A DNA stretch of 64,000 nt from Camelus ferus (Eukaryota), in contig NC_045702.1 in assembly GCF_009834535.1 (NCBI RefSeq), positions 74,152,001-74,216,000 on the forward strand. The letters run 5' to 3'. Numbering within the stretch: the first letter of the stretch is position 1; each line of letters begins with the position of its first letter. The notes beneath the pieces were generated by a model, which ran no database searches, was not told the DNA's origin, and was given only the letters and a program-made list of their open reading frames with translations. Positions 12,964 through 26,029 of the stretch are shown in pieces. The position numbers and the translations under genes are program-made.

Positions 12964-15226
12964 GTAAGAAAAGACCTGTAATAGAGCCTTCAGGATTTCA
13001 GTCAGTGTTTGGTTGGTAACACTGCTCTTCCGACCACTGTGGGTTGGCGGGGAAATCACTTCCACCAGCTCAGTGACGGCAGCACTGTTAACATCTTCCT
13101 ATCAGAGTGGCCGCCTGGCTCCTGCCCTGTCTCTCTTGGCACCAGGCCTTCGGGGACAATTGCTGAATGTGCTTTTCCTGTGAGAGTCCCTGACTGTTGG
13201 CCTTCTAGTTTTCCTTCCGTTTCCTCGTAGAGCTGATCTGACTAACACACCCTCTGGTGTACCCACGGGGCCCACTTCCCTTGGCCTGGGGCTGCTTTCT
13301 CTCCAGCCATCTGATCAGACCAGGGTCTCTGACGTGTATGCTCCTTTCATTTTGTTAGCACTTGGGCACTCACTGGGCCAGGTCACAGGGGCAGGAAGAT
13401 AAGACACCTCTAGACAAAAGCCCTGATTATAGGCTTAGGGGCCAACAGAACCAGGCTTAGACTCCAGCTCGGACACCTGCTACCCATGTGCTCTTGGGCA
13501 AACCGTTTATCCATTTCGTGCGTTGTCCTCCTCGGGGCAAGGGATGAGGAGAGGATGAGAGGAAACAGAGTCGTGCTTATCGAGCCCAGTCCTGTGCTTG
13601 GTGTGCAGGTCACCTGAGGTCGCCGCTTTATCTTTAATGTGTGAAGAAGAAATGCTAACCCAGAATTTCTAAACCAGGTGACAGGCATTATATAGCCCCT
13701 GGGGGTGAGGGGCTAGGTCGGGAGTGGGGACGAAAGTTGGAAGAGGCTTCCCAGAGGGGGTGAGATCCAGATTAAGACTTGGTAAACAAGGGGATCTGAG
13801 CCAGGTAAAGCTGCGGGAAGAGAACATTGAGCATCTTCAAGTACAAGCTTTCCTGTGGGTTTGTTCGGGGAACTCTGGCTTACCTCGTGAAGGTCAGCCT
13901 CCATTTAGAAAACAGAGCTGTTGTTTTTATGTCTCACTTCTGCTTCACGGGCTTGGATGTTTGGGTATGTGTTTGGTGACCCTAATGTCTTGCAGCTGCA
14001 AGCACAGCCCATGTGAACCGGAAGTCACTGCGTCACCCCGGGGGACCCAGGCTGTCCAAGTCCAGGCCTGAAGCCAGGGGTCCTGCCACCAGCACCAGGC
14101 AGGAGCCGCCGGGCAGGGGCGTGAACGTGTGTGCTTCAGGCTCACCCCGTCTGCGGGCAGGGGTTGGCAGTGTGGGGGATGCTGCAGGTCTGGCCAAGGT
14201 TTCTGTGTGTCCACTGCTCCCGTCCGCCCTGTTAGAGCGCCTTCTGTCCCAGTGCTTCAGGCCTGTTTGCGTCCCGTTACTGGTCACGCTCTCTCCCGGC
14301 ACTTCAGGGAACTCGCTCCTGCCTCTCACATGCTCTGCTTGTGCTCGTTTCCTAGGAAGGATGTCATCACTGTCAGAAACAGGACGTTCCCTGTGAAAGT
14401 CAGGGCTCTAGTTTTCAGTGTTTCATCTTAATCATGAACGTTGTGTGGGAATCAGATAGAATTTATCCCAAGGGGTCAAGAGGCATCCATGCCCTCCCAC
14501 AGTGGGTCATCAGCCCCTGACCAGGTGTTCTGGGAAAGGACAACATGAAGGTGCTGTGAGGGGGGTGTCAGGGCAGATCGTCCTGGAGACAGTGTCTGCC
14601 TGCCCCCCTCCCTCTGTCTTGCTGGTGCATTGCACATCACAGTGGAGACAGTGCCATTTGATTTAACCTCACATGCCACTTGTCCATCTTGATCTAGTTA
14701 CCTTTTCAGCCCACTCACTTGTGCTGGTAGTTCTTATTTGCCACAGTCTTTGACTGGTCCCCTCGTTAGTAACGCCCAGGTCAGTAAGCCATGAGTTGGG
14801 GTCAGGAAGAAGGGAGTCGTGAGATCCTTCCACCAAGTCCCTGTCCCTGCGTTTATGGCTCCCTTAGGGTTAAGAGAGGACCCAAGTCATTCAGTCTTCT
14901 GTGAAGCAGAGGTTCTCAGTGGTGAGTCTTCTCACTGAAGAGAAATCAAAGCCAGAGACTGTCGGTGTTGGGAACGTGTTCTATGTCTCCTTTCTTTCTT
15001 TCCCAGTCTCTACCTCTCTCTGGTTCACAGAGCTCTCCACATCTCTCCTGAGTGATAAGTTCTAGCTTGTAGGATCAGGTCACACTGTATGAAAAATTTT
15101 TATCTCATCAGGGAAATATTATGTTTTCCCAATGACTCAGAGAAGGGAAACCCAGGCTAGTGCCTTGTCCTTCTAGCGCATTTCCTGAAAACCACCCTGC
15201 TTGACTGTTGTTCTGTTTAATTTCAG

Positions 15227-15288
15227 AGCCACGGTTAACACCCCTCTTACAGGAGGAAGACAACCACCAGAGGCTGCTTATGGGGCTG
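15227..15288 (+). CDS. GSAP: GSAP coding exon (~23), EPRLTPLLQEEDNHQRLLMGL
   Basis: tttcag|AG CCA...CTG|gtaagc; 62 nt. Confidence 0.95.
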
Positions 15289-16409
15289 GTAAGCGGTCTG
15301 CGGGCCGTTTGGGTGCTGGTGAGCAATGCTCCAAGGGGAAGGGCTAGATTGTGCTTCTCATTCTGGTCTTGTTTTTATTCGTTCTTTCAACACATGGTTC
15401 TTGCCAGCTGCTGTGGGTTCTGTGTGTTTAGTGATAAGCAACACAGGATTTCTGCCCTCTTGGTATCTGTAGTCTTGTGAGAGAGCCATGTATTAATCGT
15501 CACCTCAAAAAATGTGTAATTATAAAACATCACAAGGAAATGTACAGCACTGAGAGTATTCAAAACAGGAAAGAGCAACAGCTCTGTTGTATTTGTATTT
15601 GGGTTTAAAATACAACAGAATAAATTATTTTTTCTTCAGTCCTACTACTAGGAAGACCGAAGAGGTATAAATCAAAATAAATTAATTAAAGAACAGAACT
15701 GGTAAATAAATACAAAAATCTTAAAAAAAAAAACTGTTTAAAGAAACATCTGAAAAGTCTAATAAAATATTCTCAATACTGTGAAGGCTTAGGAATTGGA
15801 AAATCTGTTAACTTAGATATGGTAAGTTTTAAAATACTGGAAAAATATGTAGAAATTCATATTCATACACTTAAAAAGTTTAGTTAAACAAAGTTTCCTT
15901 GGCAAACAGAAGTGACCATACTTGAGCCAAGAAGAAATAAAAAGCCTAAAATCACAATAACCATAAAATAACTTGGAAAAAGTGTCAGATTATCTCCCCA
16001 AAAGTTCCCAAGTTATTTAATGAGTTAGTTTTTTCAAACTTTTAAGGACCAAGTCCTTCTCATGCTATGTAAAGTATTTTTGCAAAAAGGTGAGCAGCTT
16101 CTGAATCATTTTGAAAAGCCAGCATAACCTTAAAAGCAGAATCTGACAATGACCACTTTCACGTATGAATATAAACACCACAGGTTTGATTAAACTACTT
16201 TCCAGTGGTGAATTTGAAAATAAAACATAGCCACGTGGGCTTCTTTGTAGGAAGCTTAATAGGAATGTATTAACGTCACACGGTCAAAGAGGAAAAGAAA
16301 AAGTTGGTCTCTACAGGTGCTGAACGCTGATGAAAGTAAACTCCCGCGCCTGGGACACACTAGTCACTGAGACAGAGGCGTCTGGTGCTGGCGGCCCACA
16401 TCCTTCTTA

Positions 16410-16536
16410 GTCTTTGCTTTTTAAATTTTATTGAAGTATAGTTGATGTACAGTGTTGTGTTAGTTTCTGGTGTACAGCATAGTGATTGAACCATATATAT
16501 ATATATCAATCTATATACACACACACACATTCATCA
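16410..16536 (-). mobile_element. Young artiodactyl L1 3' end with TA/CA microsatellite, 12-bp TSD
   Basis: ttttattgaagtatagttgatgtacagtgttgtg...; ACATCCTTCTTA at 16398-16409 and 16537-16548. Confidence 0.85.
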
Positions 16537-16585
16537 ACATCCTTCTTAATGTCACGTTGGAGACATTCCTATTAAAAGCAGAAAG

Positions 16586-16863
16586 ACAGAAACAGACTCA
16601 CTAAGACATAGAAAACAAACTTACGGTTACCAGGCGGAAAGGGGTGGGAAGGGATAAATTGGGAGTTCAAGATTTGCAGATACTGACGTTCAAAGTTTAT
16701 ACTGTGTAGCACAGGGAACTATATTCAATATCTTGTAGTAGCTCACAGTGAAAAAGAATATGAAAACGAATATATGTATGTTCATGTTTGACTGAAGCAT
16801 TGTGCTGTACACCAGAAACTGACACAACATTGTAAACTGACTGTACTACAATAAAAAAAAAAG
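16586..16863 (+). mobile_element. Young artiodactyl L1 3' end with A-tail, 13-bp TSD
   Basis: gtagcacagggaactatattcaatatcttg...acaataaaaaaaa; TAAAAGC(A/T)GAAAG at 16573-16585 and 16864-16876. Confidence 0.88.
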
Positions 16864-19344
16864 TAAAAGCTGAAAGAAGTGAAGGATCCTTGCTATTTTC
16901 ACTAAATTTTACATTGTTCTGGAAATTCTAGCCAATGCAGTAAGAAACAGAAGTAAAAGAAGATACTGATTGTCTAATGCTATAAACAATCAACTGGGAA
17001 AATGGAAAATAATCATAAAATAAGATTTTAAATTAAATTAAAAATTAAAAAATACAGCAAGTTAGTAAGCTGATGATGCTGTATTTTTTTTTTGTTAGAA
17101 TTAACCAGTTAGAAAAAATAATGAAGAACAATGTTTAATTTCCAAATCCTTAGCATCTAGGTTTAATAAAATTACAACGAAAAAGCCAATGAAATTTCTC
17201 TGGCAATTGACTGACACTTGACAAAATAAAGAGGAATGGGATTGGCATTACTTTGCTGACCTACGATAATTGGAACAATGTGGTTCATATAAAAAGACAG
17301 GAGACTCTAGTTTAAATCTGAATACTGTGTGATAAATGGGTCATTTAAAAATCAATGTAGAAAGAAATAATTTTTAATCAGTCAGTCATTCAATGGTTGA
17401 CTGTTTGGAAAAGACAATTAAGTTAGATTCTTCCTACCCTGAATACCACCACTTGATACCATAAACACACAGAAACATCAGATTAAGATCAGAAATGTTG
17501 GAATAAGGAGTCCAATATAAAAAATTAAACTGTGTGAGAGATTTGAATAAAATAAGTGGATAGTTAAATTATACTGAAATCGAGAAAGCCTTTGAGGGTA
17601 TTATTGAACATAAACACACAGGAAAAGATTGAAAACTTAGAAGCAGAACAACAAAAAGGCAAAGAAAACATTTATAAAAAAATTTGCCACATATGTGATA
17701 AAAGATTAACATTTGGCTATAAAGTTTATAAATCAGTAAGAGAACAACACACCAGAAGGGCAATGGACAAAACCTGTGACCAATGAGTTTTCAAAAATTA
17801 ATTTATACCAAAAAAATCTCAAGTAGGGGCCGGGGAAGAAAGAGAATGTGTAACATTGTTGTAATCAGATGACAAAGAGAACAAGTGTTTTTGTTTGTTT
17901 GTTTGCCAATCAAGTTGACAAAAATTTTAAGATCATGCTAGGAAAGTTCAGGGTGTAGGGGATTGGACAGCCTCATGCAGTGCAGCTGGAAATTAGTATA
18001 AACACAGTGGGAGGCATTTCAGCAGGGTTTCCACAACCTGAAGTACGTGATCCAACAAATTCCACTTCTAAGAATGTAGCCTGACAAAATAATTGATATG
18101 GTGAACAGCCTTTGTATAATGATTTTTTTTGTGGTATTATTGACAATAGTAAAGAAATATCCCACATGTATAAGAAGGGGATAAATAATTGAATTGTAGT
18201 ACTTTTATAAAATTGAATACTGTGCAGCCATTACAACTAGTGTGATAAAGAATATTTAATGATAAAGTATTACATGAAAAAAGCATATTATTAAATATTA
18301 GATTGAGTGTGCACACTGGAGAAAGGAAAATTTAAAAAGCCAGATGTTAATATAGATGGTAGAATTATGAGCAATTTAAATTTTCATCTGTATGGTTATT
18401 ACAGAAAAATTGAAATGCACAAAAAAGTATGCATTATATCTTACCCAGAAAAAAAATAATGTTTTTTTAAAAAAGCCTAATCAATTAGTACATGCAGGAG
18501 ACTGAATTGAAATAATATATCACTCTGTCTTGGCCCAGGACTCCAAGCGCTAAGTTTTACCCAGAGTGTTGTGTACATAAATCTGCTAAAATAGAAGATA
18601 AACACATGTGTGGTATCACTTGTACAATTCCCATGGTGTTTACTGATACAAAGATTTTTCCAGCCAAGAGGATCTGTAGCTAAGCAGGGCATCTAGGCAA
18701 AAGGGAGGGGAAAAAAGAAGAAAAAAGGAGAAAGGAAAGCAAAAGGTGGAGAGGGCTGGGAATGCCACACTGACTGGGGAGCCCCAAGGATGATCAGAAC
18801 AGGGAGGGTATAGAAACAAGCCCTTTAGGTGTCACTACAATAGATATTTCACTATCATTGCATGTCGGGGGCTGTGAGGAATGTCTGTAGCCACTGTGCA
18901 GAGGGAGGTACCTGATGCATTTCCTTTTTACTCCAGCCTCTGTCTTCCGAACACCCCAAACCATGACCCCCTGCCCCTGGCCCCCATTAGCATAGTCATT
19001 AGAGTTGTTCCTGTGAGTTCTCCAGAGCCAGGAGTACTAGACGTCAATCCTTTGGTAGATCCCAAAGCCTTTCACTGCTAAGCTAGTGACTCGCACTGGC
19101 TTCTTTGGAGAATTCTCAGCAGGGCTGGGAGCCTGACTCTCAGCTGCTCACTGGGCTTTGGGTGAATCATAAGTAGTCCCTGTTGAGGAAAATGGTGGTG
19201 CCTCCTGATTTACGCCCAGCAAAGGAACATTGTGGGTTATGCACTTCTGCTGGTGGGATCTTCAGATCCAGTATCTTTCATGCTGATAAGGGGTGTTAAT
19301 AAATGAATTGAATTCAACAGTTGCAGATGTGAGTGGGCAGGTTG

Positions 19345-19485
19345 NNNNNNNNNNNNNNNNNNNNNNNNNNNNNNNNNNNNNNNNNNNNNNNNNNNNNNNN
19401 NNNNNNNNNNNNNNNNNNNNNNNNNNNNNNNNNNNNNNNNNNNNNNNNNNNNNNNNNNNNNNNNNNNNNNNNNNNNNNNNNNNNT
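19345..19485. other. Assembly gap (141 N) in GSAP intron 23/24 region
   Basis: Run of n; right flank is C-rich (G4-prone on minus). Confidence 0.99.
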
Positions 19486-21531
19486 TCTTCTCTACCCCCT
19501 CCCCCAGCCCCTACACACCTCCCCCCGTACCCGCCACAGCTGCCCTGGTGTATAGTTTCGAGTGTGTGGTTCAGTATATTTTCCAAATTAGGTTTTTGGA
19601 CTCTCTCATCCTCAAACCAGTATACTTGGTGCTATAGATTGAAGAAAGGGGGTAAAAGAACCCAAAACCAAAGAGAACGTGATTTATTGCACTCCCCCCC
19701 AGCGTGGTTATACATTCATGCAAGCGCAGAGCAGTGAGGAATTCAGCATGGGTGCCAGATGAGCACGTGTCATCTTGGCATCTTCCAGATCCTTATTAAA
19801 CCCTAGGTAGTGATTTCTGCACATAGAGGTTTATGCAAACATTAGAGAACTTGAACTTCAATTCTTAATTAGCTCCTACAGCCCAGTTATGCCAGATTCC
19901 AGCTCACTTGTATAAATACCACATTATTAGAGTCTGCTGATGAGATTGGCAGCTCATCTACCTGGTAGCCTCTCACTGAAATTGTGTGATCCGGGTTAAT
20001 AACACCAGTCCATGTGTAAATAGAAGTGATGTAGCTGGATTGAAATTTGAGGCTGTCTTGAGTCTCAAAATGCATGTGGAGTTGAGGCCTGACCCTGCTT
20101 AGAACCTAGAAATAATATTCTGGAGAAATTTTAAAATGTATTTAAATATACAGAAAGAGAAGGAACACTCCATTTCTCCAAGTTGGGGTGGGGCCAGTGT
20201 ACAAATGAGCCAGTGTGTGGCTCTGGAAGATTAAACTCTGGAAGATTAGTTAAATTTATTCGATATGGCCTTGATTTAATTTCATGTTTAAGTTTTCTAC
20301 CTTTATTGCAGTCATTAGTATCTGTTTTAAAATTATATATTTGAATTTCTAAAGTAAATTTTGAGTTTCAGATTTTTAATGTATTAGGAGAGGTTACTAT
20401 TCACATACACTGAAATTTATAAGCAGGGCATTGAAACTTTCTTAAATAATAACTCTTTGCAGTAGAACCATACCCAGGACTTCACTTTGTGAATGTGTTA
20501 CTGATCTTCCCATGTTGATACAGGCTTGCTTTCTTTGTCTTTTCATAACTCACAGTTACTTAACATATCACCTATCATCTTTCTGTTGACTGTAAATTTC
20601 ATCTTCCAGAGTGTTAAGGGCCTTTGTCTAAGGATCAAAACTCACAGAACACTAATTTGTGCTAACAGCTCCTAGAAGCATAGGACCAGAAATGGTAGAG
20701 ATGTAGTCTCAGAAAACTCAGTGCCCCTGACTTTCTGACTCAGCGGTCACTGATTAAAGCCAAACATGCCTGCACCTGCCCAGCAGCAAACAGCCATGTC
20801 TCCCAGTGAGCTCTCAGGGGGGTGGCTGGGTAGCCTTTATAAAACAAGTCTGAGGAAGTTGCTGCAAAACCTGATTCTGTTACTTACATTGTATCTTACC
20901 TGATTTCAGCCAAAGAGAAACTAAGATTCTATGCCATTGAGAATAAATAGTGTCTGTGCTCATGTGAAGACCCTTTCTAAATTGCCCCCCGTCCTTTGCC
21001 TCCGTGTGCATGCATGAGTTTGTGGCTCTGACAGCTCCTCGGAGACTGCCCTATTGCTGACAAACTGATAAAATGTAGAACCTGGATTTGGAACAAGTTT
21101 TACTTCACAGCCCATGCTCAGGACCTCCATTCTATTCATAATCGCCTTTCTTCTGTCAGCTGTTGGCTCTGTCACCCTTGCCACATAACAGTCCTAGGGC
21201 AAACCCTGTTGCACTTGACCTTCTCTGATGGACAAGGGCCCCTGATTGAGAGCCCGTGCTTGTGAGTGGTGGGGCCAGTTAGCGGTGGGGAAGCTCAGCT
21301 GCGTCAGTGCCCTCAGTGACAGAGGGTGCTCTGTTAGACCCTGATGCGCATTTTCAGTCTTTCCATTTTGTGCTTCACAGTTAACCTCAGAAAGCCTGGT
21401 TCTATGTCTAGGCACAGCCTGAATGCCAGCTGCCCTAACGTGCCTGCCCGCCAGAGCTATGGAAGGAGAGTTTAGGGGCCCCTGAGGGAAAGGGTATGAA
21501 CAGAGGTTAACAGACTATCTTTACCTTCCAG

Positions 21532-21602
21532 CTGGATCTTATTTGCCAAATACTGGAAGCCAGTTGGAGGAAACATAATCTTCATCCCTGGGTCCTCCAC
21601 TT
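21532..21602 (+). CDS. GSAP: GSAP coding exon (~25), LDLICQILEASWRKHNLHPWVLH(F)
   Basis: ttccag|CTG...CAC TT|gtacgc; 71 nt. Confidence 0.93.
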
Positions 21603-22078
21603 GTACGCAAGTATTTCTTGCTCTATTTTATCTTGGTGTACAAAGAGTTGAAACAACTCTGACCACTGCCTGCTTTAGCAAAGTCTTTTTGAAACTTACC
21701 AATTGAAAGTAACTCTCACCAGCCCTCCCAGCATCTATCCTAGCTCTGTACTCAGCCTTTAAAGTTACGCCCCTGGCACTTCCCCCGTCTTCTTTCCTTG
21801 GCATATGGTGGATGAGGAGAGAGGGACCCATGAGCTCAGTCCTGCCAAGAAGGGGAATTTAAGTTAATGCAATGTATCGTTTATGTGCCTACTGTCTAGT
21901 TAGATTCTAGGCATTAGGCTGGTGGTCACCATCATATTTATGAAGCTTTCTATAGGGCACAGTCTTGCACAGTCAGCTTGAATCCCATCTGGGTGAGGCA
22001 CTCAGAGCCACTGCTCACACAAGTGGGCTTTTAGAGATGAGCTGCTCTGCTGACGTGCTGCTTTGCTCTTTGACCCAG

Positions 22079-22173
22079 CAATAGGAGGGCCAGTGCTGCT
22101 GAATTTGCTGTCTTTCACATCATGACCAGGATTTTGGAAGCTACTAGAAGTTTGTTTTTACCTCTTCCTCCTG
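22079..22173 (+). CDS. GSAP: GSAP coding exon (~26), NRRASAAEFAVFHIMTRILEATRSLFLPLPP
   Basis: acccag|C AAT...CCT G|gtaagt; 95 nt. Confidence 0.95.
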
Positions 22174-22649
22174 GTAAGTCTCGGCTTTTTTGGAGTTTGT
22201 TGTAATAAATTTGTTCTTTCTTCTCCACTTAGTCCCCGGACTTTGGTACATTATAAGTTTAAAGATAAGACCCCCTGAGTCTGAGAAATTGTGTGTCTGG
22301 TGTCATCGTGAGATGGGTCTGAGTTTGGTCTCTGCTGACCAGATCTCCTCTGAGTATTAAACTAAACTATAGATCGTCACCAACTCTGGGGAGCCTAGGC
22401 TGGTCCCCATGCAGCTTTCTAGGATATTTTGGACCAGTGGAGTTGATTCAGGGAGATCTTTCTCTGATGTCTCTAGGTCTAGTTTATCTGGTCAAGAAGG
22501 TTAACACTCAGAAGGAAATAGGTCTGGCTGGGTGTCAGAAATTGAGTTGATTCTTATGTGTTCCTTGGAAACTAAACATTTCCCTTAGGATTTTGAAACA
22601 GGACCAAATCATGCCTCAAAACACCCTTTGTGCATGTGTCTGCAATCAT

Positions 22650-22800
22650 TCATTTAATCGATAGTTTATTCAATCAACAAACATTTGTTGAATAATTACA
22701 TGCCTGGTACTGATCTAGAAATTAGAGCCATTCCAAAAATTAACAAAAGTCTAATTGGGAAGATATGCACATAAATCAGTATTCATTATAAGAAACAAAT
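22650..22800 (-). mobile_element. L2 3' end
   Basis: cattcatttaatc...ttattcaatcaacaaacatttgttgaat...tgcctggtactg. Confidence 0.55.
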
Positions 22801-23004
22801 AAGCTCCTGTTTGCTATAAACTGTCTGCCTCATGTTTATTATGTTTAAGTTCTAATGAGTGTTAAGCTTTGTAATAGCTAGTCACTACATAATATGTATT
22901 AGCCAGTTTTATTTAATTTATTCATTCATATCCATCCATCTATCCATCATTAATTTGTTCCTTTGTTTATTCATTTTAATCTGACATGTATATGGGACCA
23001 ATTT

Positions 23005-23315
23005 TGTGCCAGATACTGTTCTAAGTACTTTACATAAATTAGCACATTTCATTTTCATAACAGTGCTAAGTGATAAGAACTTAAATTGAACCACATTAAA
23101 TTGTCAACATTCACCAGTTCTTGACCAAGAAAGATGGCACTTTCATATGGTTCCACTTACTATTATTCCCATTTTATAGATGGTGAAGTTGAGGCACAGA
23201 AAGGTTAAGTAACTTACCTGAAATCACAGAGCTATTTAGTATCAGAGCCAATACTCAAATCTAGGGACTCTGGCTCTAAAATCTGTGCTTCAAACTGCTA
23301 TTCTGTGCTGCCTCT
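23005..23315. mobile_element. MIR SINE (interrupted)
   Basis: MIR core cccattttatagatggtgaagttgaggcacagaaaggttaagtaacttacctgaaatcacagag. Confidence 0.8.
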
Positions 23316-24739
23316 TGAATTTTATATTCTAGTTGAATTAGTTGATGATGAAACATTGGTTATTCATGAGTCCAGAAAATCCCCACAGCACATCTCAGCT
23401 TCTCTGTGTTTGTGATATATTTGATACAGTCTGGAACCTGTATCAGATCGTGCTTTCTCTATCCACACACCTGATCTTACAAGATGTGCTTGTAGTGGAG
23501 ATACAAAAGGACCTGTGACTTTGCAGGGATTTGAAAGTGACCTTTCATGAGGACAGTAGGTGGCTTTATGATCCCAATGGAATATGCATTGTGAGGTGTC
23601 CTCTAGAAAGACTGAAGGGGTTTCATGAAAATTACATATAGATTTCTGGCTTAAATTCTTAATTAACACAAATTAACACAAATACCTGGTAGAGAAATGG
23701 ATTGACACTTTCAGATTTGTTCACCATAGATATCCAAGCTCATTTGGTAAGTAAATGAAACTGACTCACTGAGGACAATAGCGTATCTGAGAGATCACAA
23801 AAACATCCACATTCTACAGAACACTGCATTCCTTCACAGGGATGGATAAAAGGGAAAACACAGAAAAATGTTACCCATAGTGACTGAGAATTACTGTGAG
23901 TAAGAGTTAACGGCTTGTGTCCATGGATCAAGTACAGAAGAACAGATCCTTTTTCCCCGTTTCTCTTACATGTTTGTTTCCCTAACATGAAGTGCCGTGG
24001 ATTGTGTGTGTATGTTTGTATAGACACAGGTCTTTTGTGTGTGCAGAAGTAAGTAGGCTTACTTTTCAGGCCCCCTGGGCTAGAGAGAACTGTCTGTGTT
24101 CTAAATGGCAGAAACTCGTAGCTTGAAAGGGAATGAGAACCACAAAAAGGACATCATGGTTTAGAGCATTTGCAGTTTAAGAGGATCCATGTTCCCCTTC
24201 CTGGCTGGAGAAGGCCAGGAGCCCTGGAGGATGAGGACTAGGGTTGGCTGGAAAAGTTCTCCCTTTCAGAACTGATGCCCACTTTTAGCCAATTTGCTCT
24301 GTTGCTTAGAGCTGATATGTGGCGAGGAGACCAGGACTGGGCTGTTGAATTTGGGACTGTGCCCTAGGGACAGAGGATGAGAGTCATCAGGGATCTTTAG
24401 GACATGGACACAAGGCTAGAGAGTTTTGAATCCAGAAAATTTTTATAGGATCAACAGCCTTTTATAAACTCTTCTTCAGAAATAATTTCATAACTTTTTT
24501 TTTAATCTTGGGAAGACTGTCCAAATCTATTTGAAAATTCACATGTTGTTAATTAGCTAGTAAAATCACTTTTTGGAATCAGAGCAGTTAGACTCATCTC
24601 GTTGTCAGCCCATTAACATCTGCTTGTGGGCAGAGTCTGAACTTTATCTGACCTGTGATGTTGCCAAGACAAAGGACCCAAGTCCCCCACTGCTCATGAT
24701 TCATGTGCTCAGAGAGAGAGAGAGGGAAAACTCTGTGAC

Positions 24740-25100
24740 TTCTCTGAATCCAAGTCCCTGCTCTTTGGCCATCATATCTTTGTCATGGAGGCTCCCAAGA
24801 TCAGGTTGTGAGTCTTCGTCATTCCCCACCCACGTCCAATCAATTTCCAAGCTGGTACCCGTCACCGTGACCCTGAGACCCCTTCCCGCTGTCACTGTCG
24901 GTGTCCTCACTCCCTCTTGCACAGGTTCATGCAGCAGTAGCCTCCTGACTGTCACTCCAGTCCTTTCTCTGCCTGTTGCCATGTTAATATTTCAAAAGCA
25001 AAACTCAAATCTCCTAACCATCCTGCTGAAAAGCTTTAGTGCCCCCTCAAAGTTTACTAGACAGTAAATCCTTGCTGTCATTCAGCATTCAATCCCTGTC
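24740..25100. mobile_element. L2 fragment
   Basis: L2-like gcagtagcctcctgact...tttcaaaagcaaaactc...; underlies the spurious 164-aa ORF. Confidence 0.5.
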
Positions 25101-25213
25101 ACATACATTCAGAGCACCCTGGAATTTGCCCTCGCAGAACTGGTCATGTTAGAGGAGAGAGGGACCCCCAAATTGGAAAGTTCACCAAGTAGCTGGGCAA
25201 GTCCCCCCAAACA

Positions 25214-25702
25214 TGTGGGTTCTTGCCTGCCGACTGAGAGAGGGTTCTCAATAGAGGCAGAGGGACAAAGTGACAAAAGAACTGCTTTTATCACTCAGAG
25301 AGAGAAGAGAAAACAATCCAGTGGGGAGCATTCAGCCTGATAGCCACTGGAGACAGCTCCAGTTTCTGATCGAGCTGCAGGGTCTTTTATTGGAAGGCTC
25401 TGGCGTCATTATCCTCATTCTGGTGGTGGGGCTAATTACTTCCTGTTTCAAGCTCTTCCCTCTAAGCTCAGTCCTGAAAACAGAAACTTCGGCGGGAACA
25501 AATAAAGAGATACTGGGATGTGTCCTTGGAGTTAATGGAAGCAGCTGTGGGACATAGATCGTCCTGTGGCAGGACTGTGTCCTTGGAATTAAGGAGCCAG
25601 TTGTGGGATACGAGAAATGTCCTGCCTTTCATTAGCCTGGCACTCACTTCCACTTGTTGGAAGCCAGTCAGGGTCAGTAAGCCTATCTAATCACCTCTCT
25701 CA
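25214..25702 (-). mobile_element. LTR-like element with internal ~50-bp tandem duplication
   Basis: TG...CA ends, AATAAA on minus (~25385), repeated tgtgtccttgga(g/a)ttaa...gtggga unit; no clean TSD; family not identified. Confidence 0.5.
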
Positions 25703-26029
25703 GTCATATTTTTAAAATGTATATTTATTTTGTGATTATTTGATCATCAGTCTCCCCATCAGACTGGAAGGTGGATGGGAGAGGCACTCGTGAAAAGGGT
25801 TTTCTCATTGTGGTCCACCCAGCCCCTTGCCTGGTGGGCAGAAGGGGTTTGTTGAATAAATTAACCTTTCCAACCTTACCTCCCCCCGTTCCTTTTGCAT
25901 GCCTGTTCCAACTCAGCTGGATCATTTGATCTTTCCCGAACGTGCCCCGTACGGTCTCACCTTTGGGCCTCTCTTCATATTGTCCCATTAACACCAGTTA
26001 TCGAGGCTGGATGATGTTATGGCTAAAAG

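Larger units (their letters stand above)
15600..18460 (+). mobile_element. Highly decayed old L1 (ORF2/3' region) interrupted by younger L1 3' ends
   Basis: A-rich L1 ORF2-like remnants; boundaries approximate. Confidence 0.55.

Noticed and set aside
13724-14431. Cluster of overlapping ORFs on both strands
   Set aside because: Expected from high GC content (few stops); no protein similarity; treated as regulatory candidate instead.
15289-15384. Read-through of GSAP exon 23 as a substitute for the missing exon 24
   Set aside because: Frame is open, but the peptide (VSGLRAVWVL...) does not resemble the expected sequence and a canonical gtaagc donor is present.
19555-19600. gtggttcagtatattttccaaattag as a remnant of GSAP exon 24 (..DYISKL)
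   Set aside because: Only superficial similarity, no valid donor or frame.
20736-20744. TGACTCAGC (NRF2/MAF ARE-like) and several TGACTCA AP-1 sites
   Set aside because: Short motifs expected by chance in 64 kb; no supporting context.
24573-25067. 164-aa ORF
   Set aside because: Ser/Thr/Pro-rich with no recognisable domain; overlaps an L2 fragment inside a GSAP intron.
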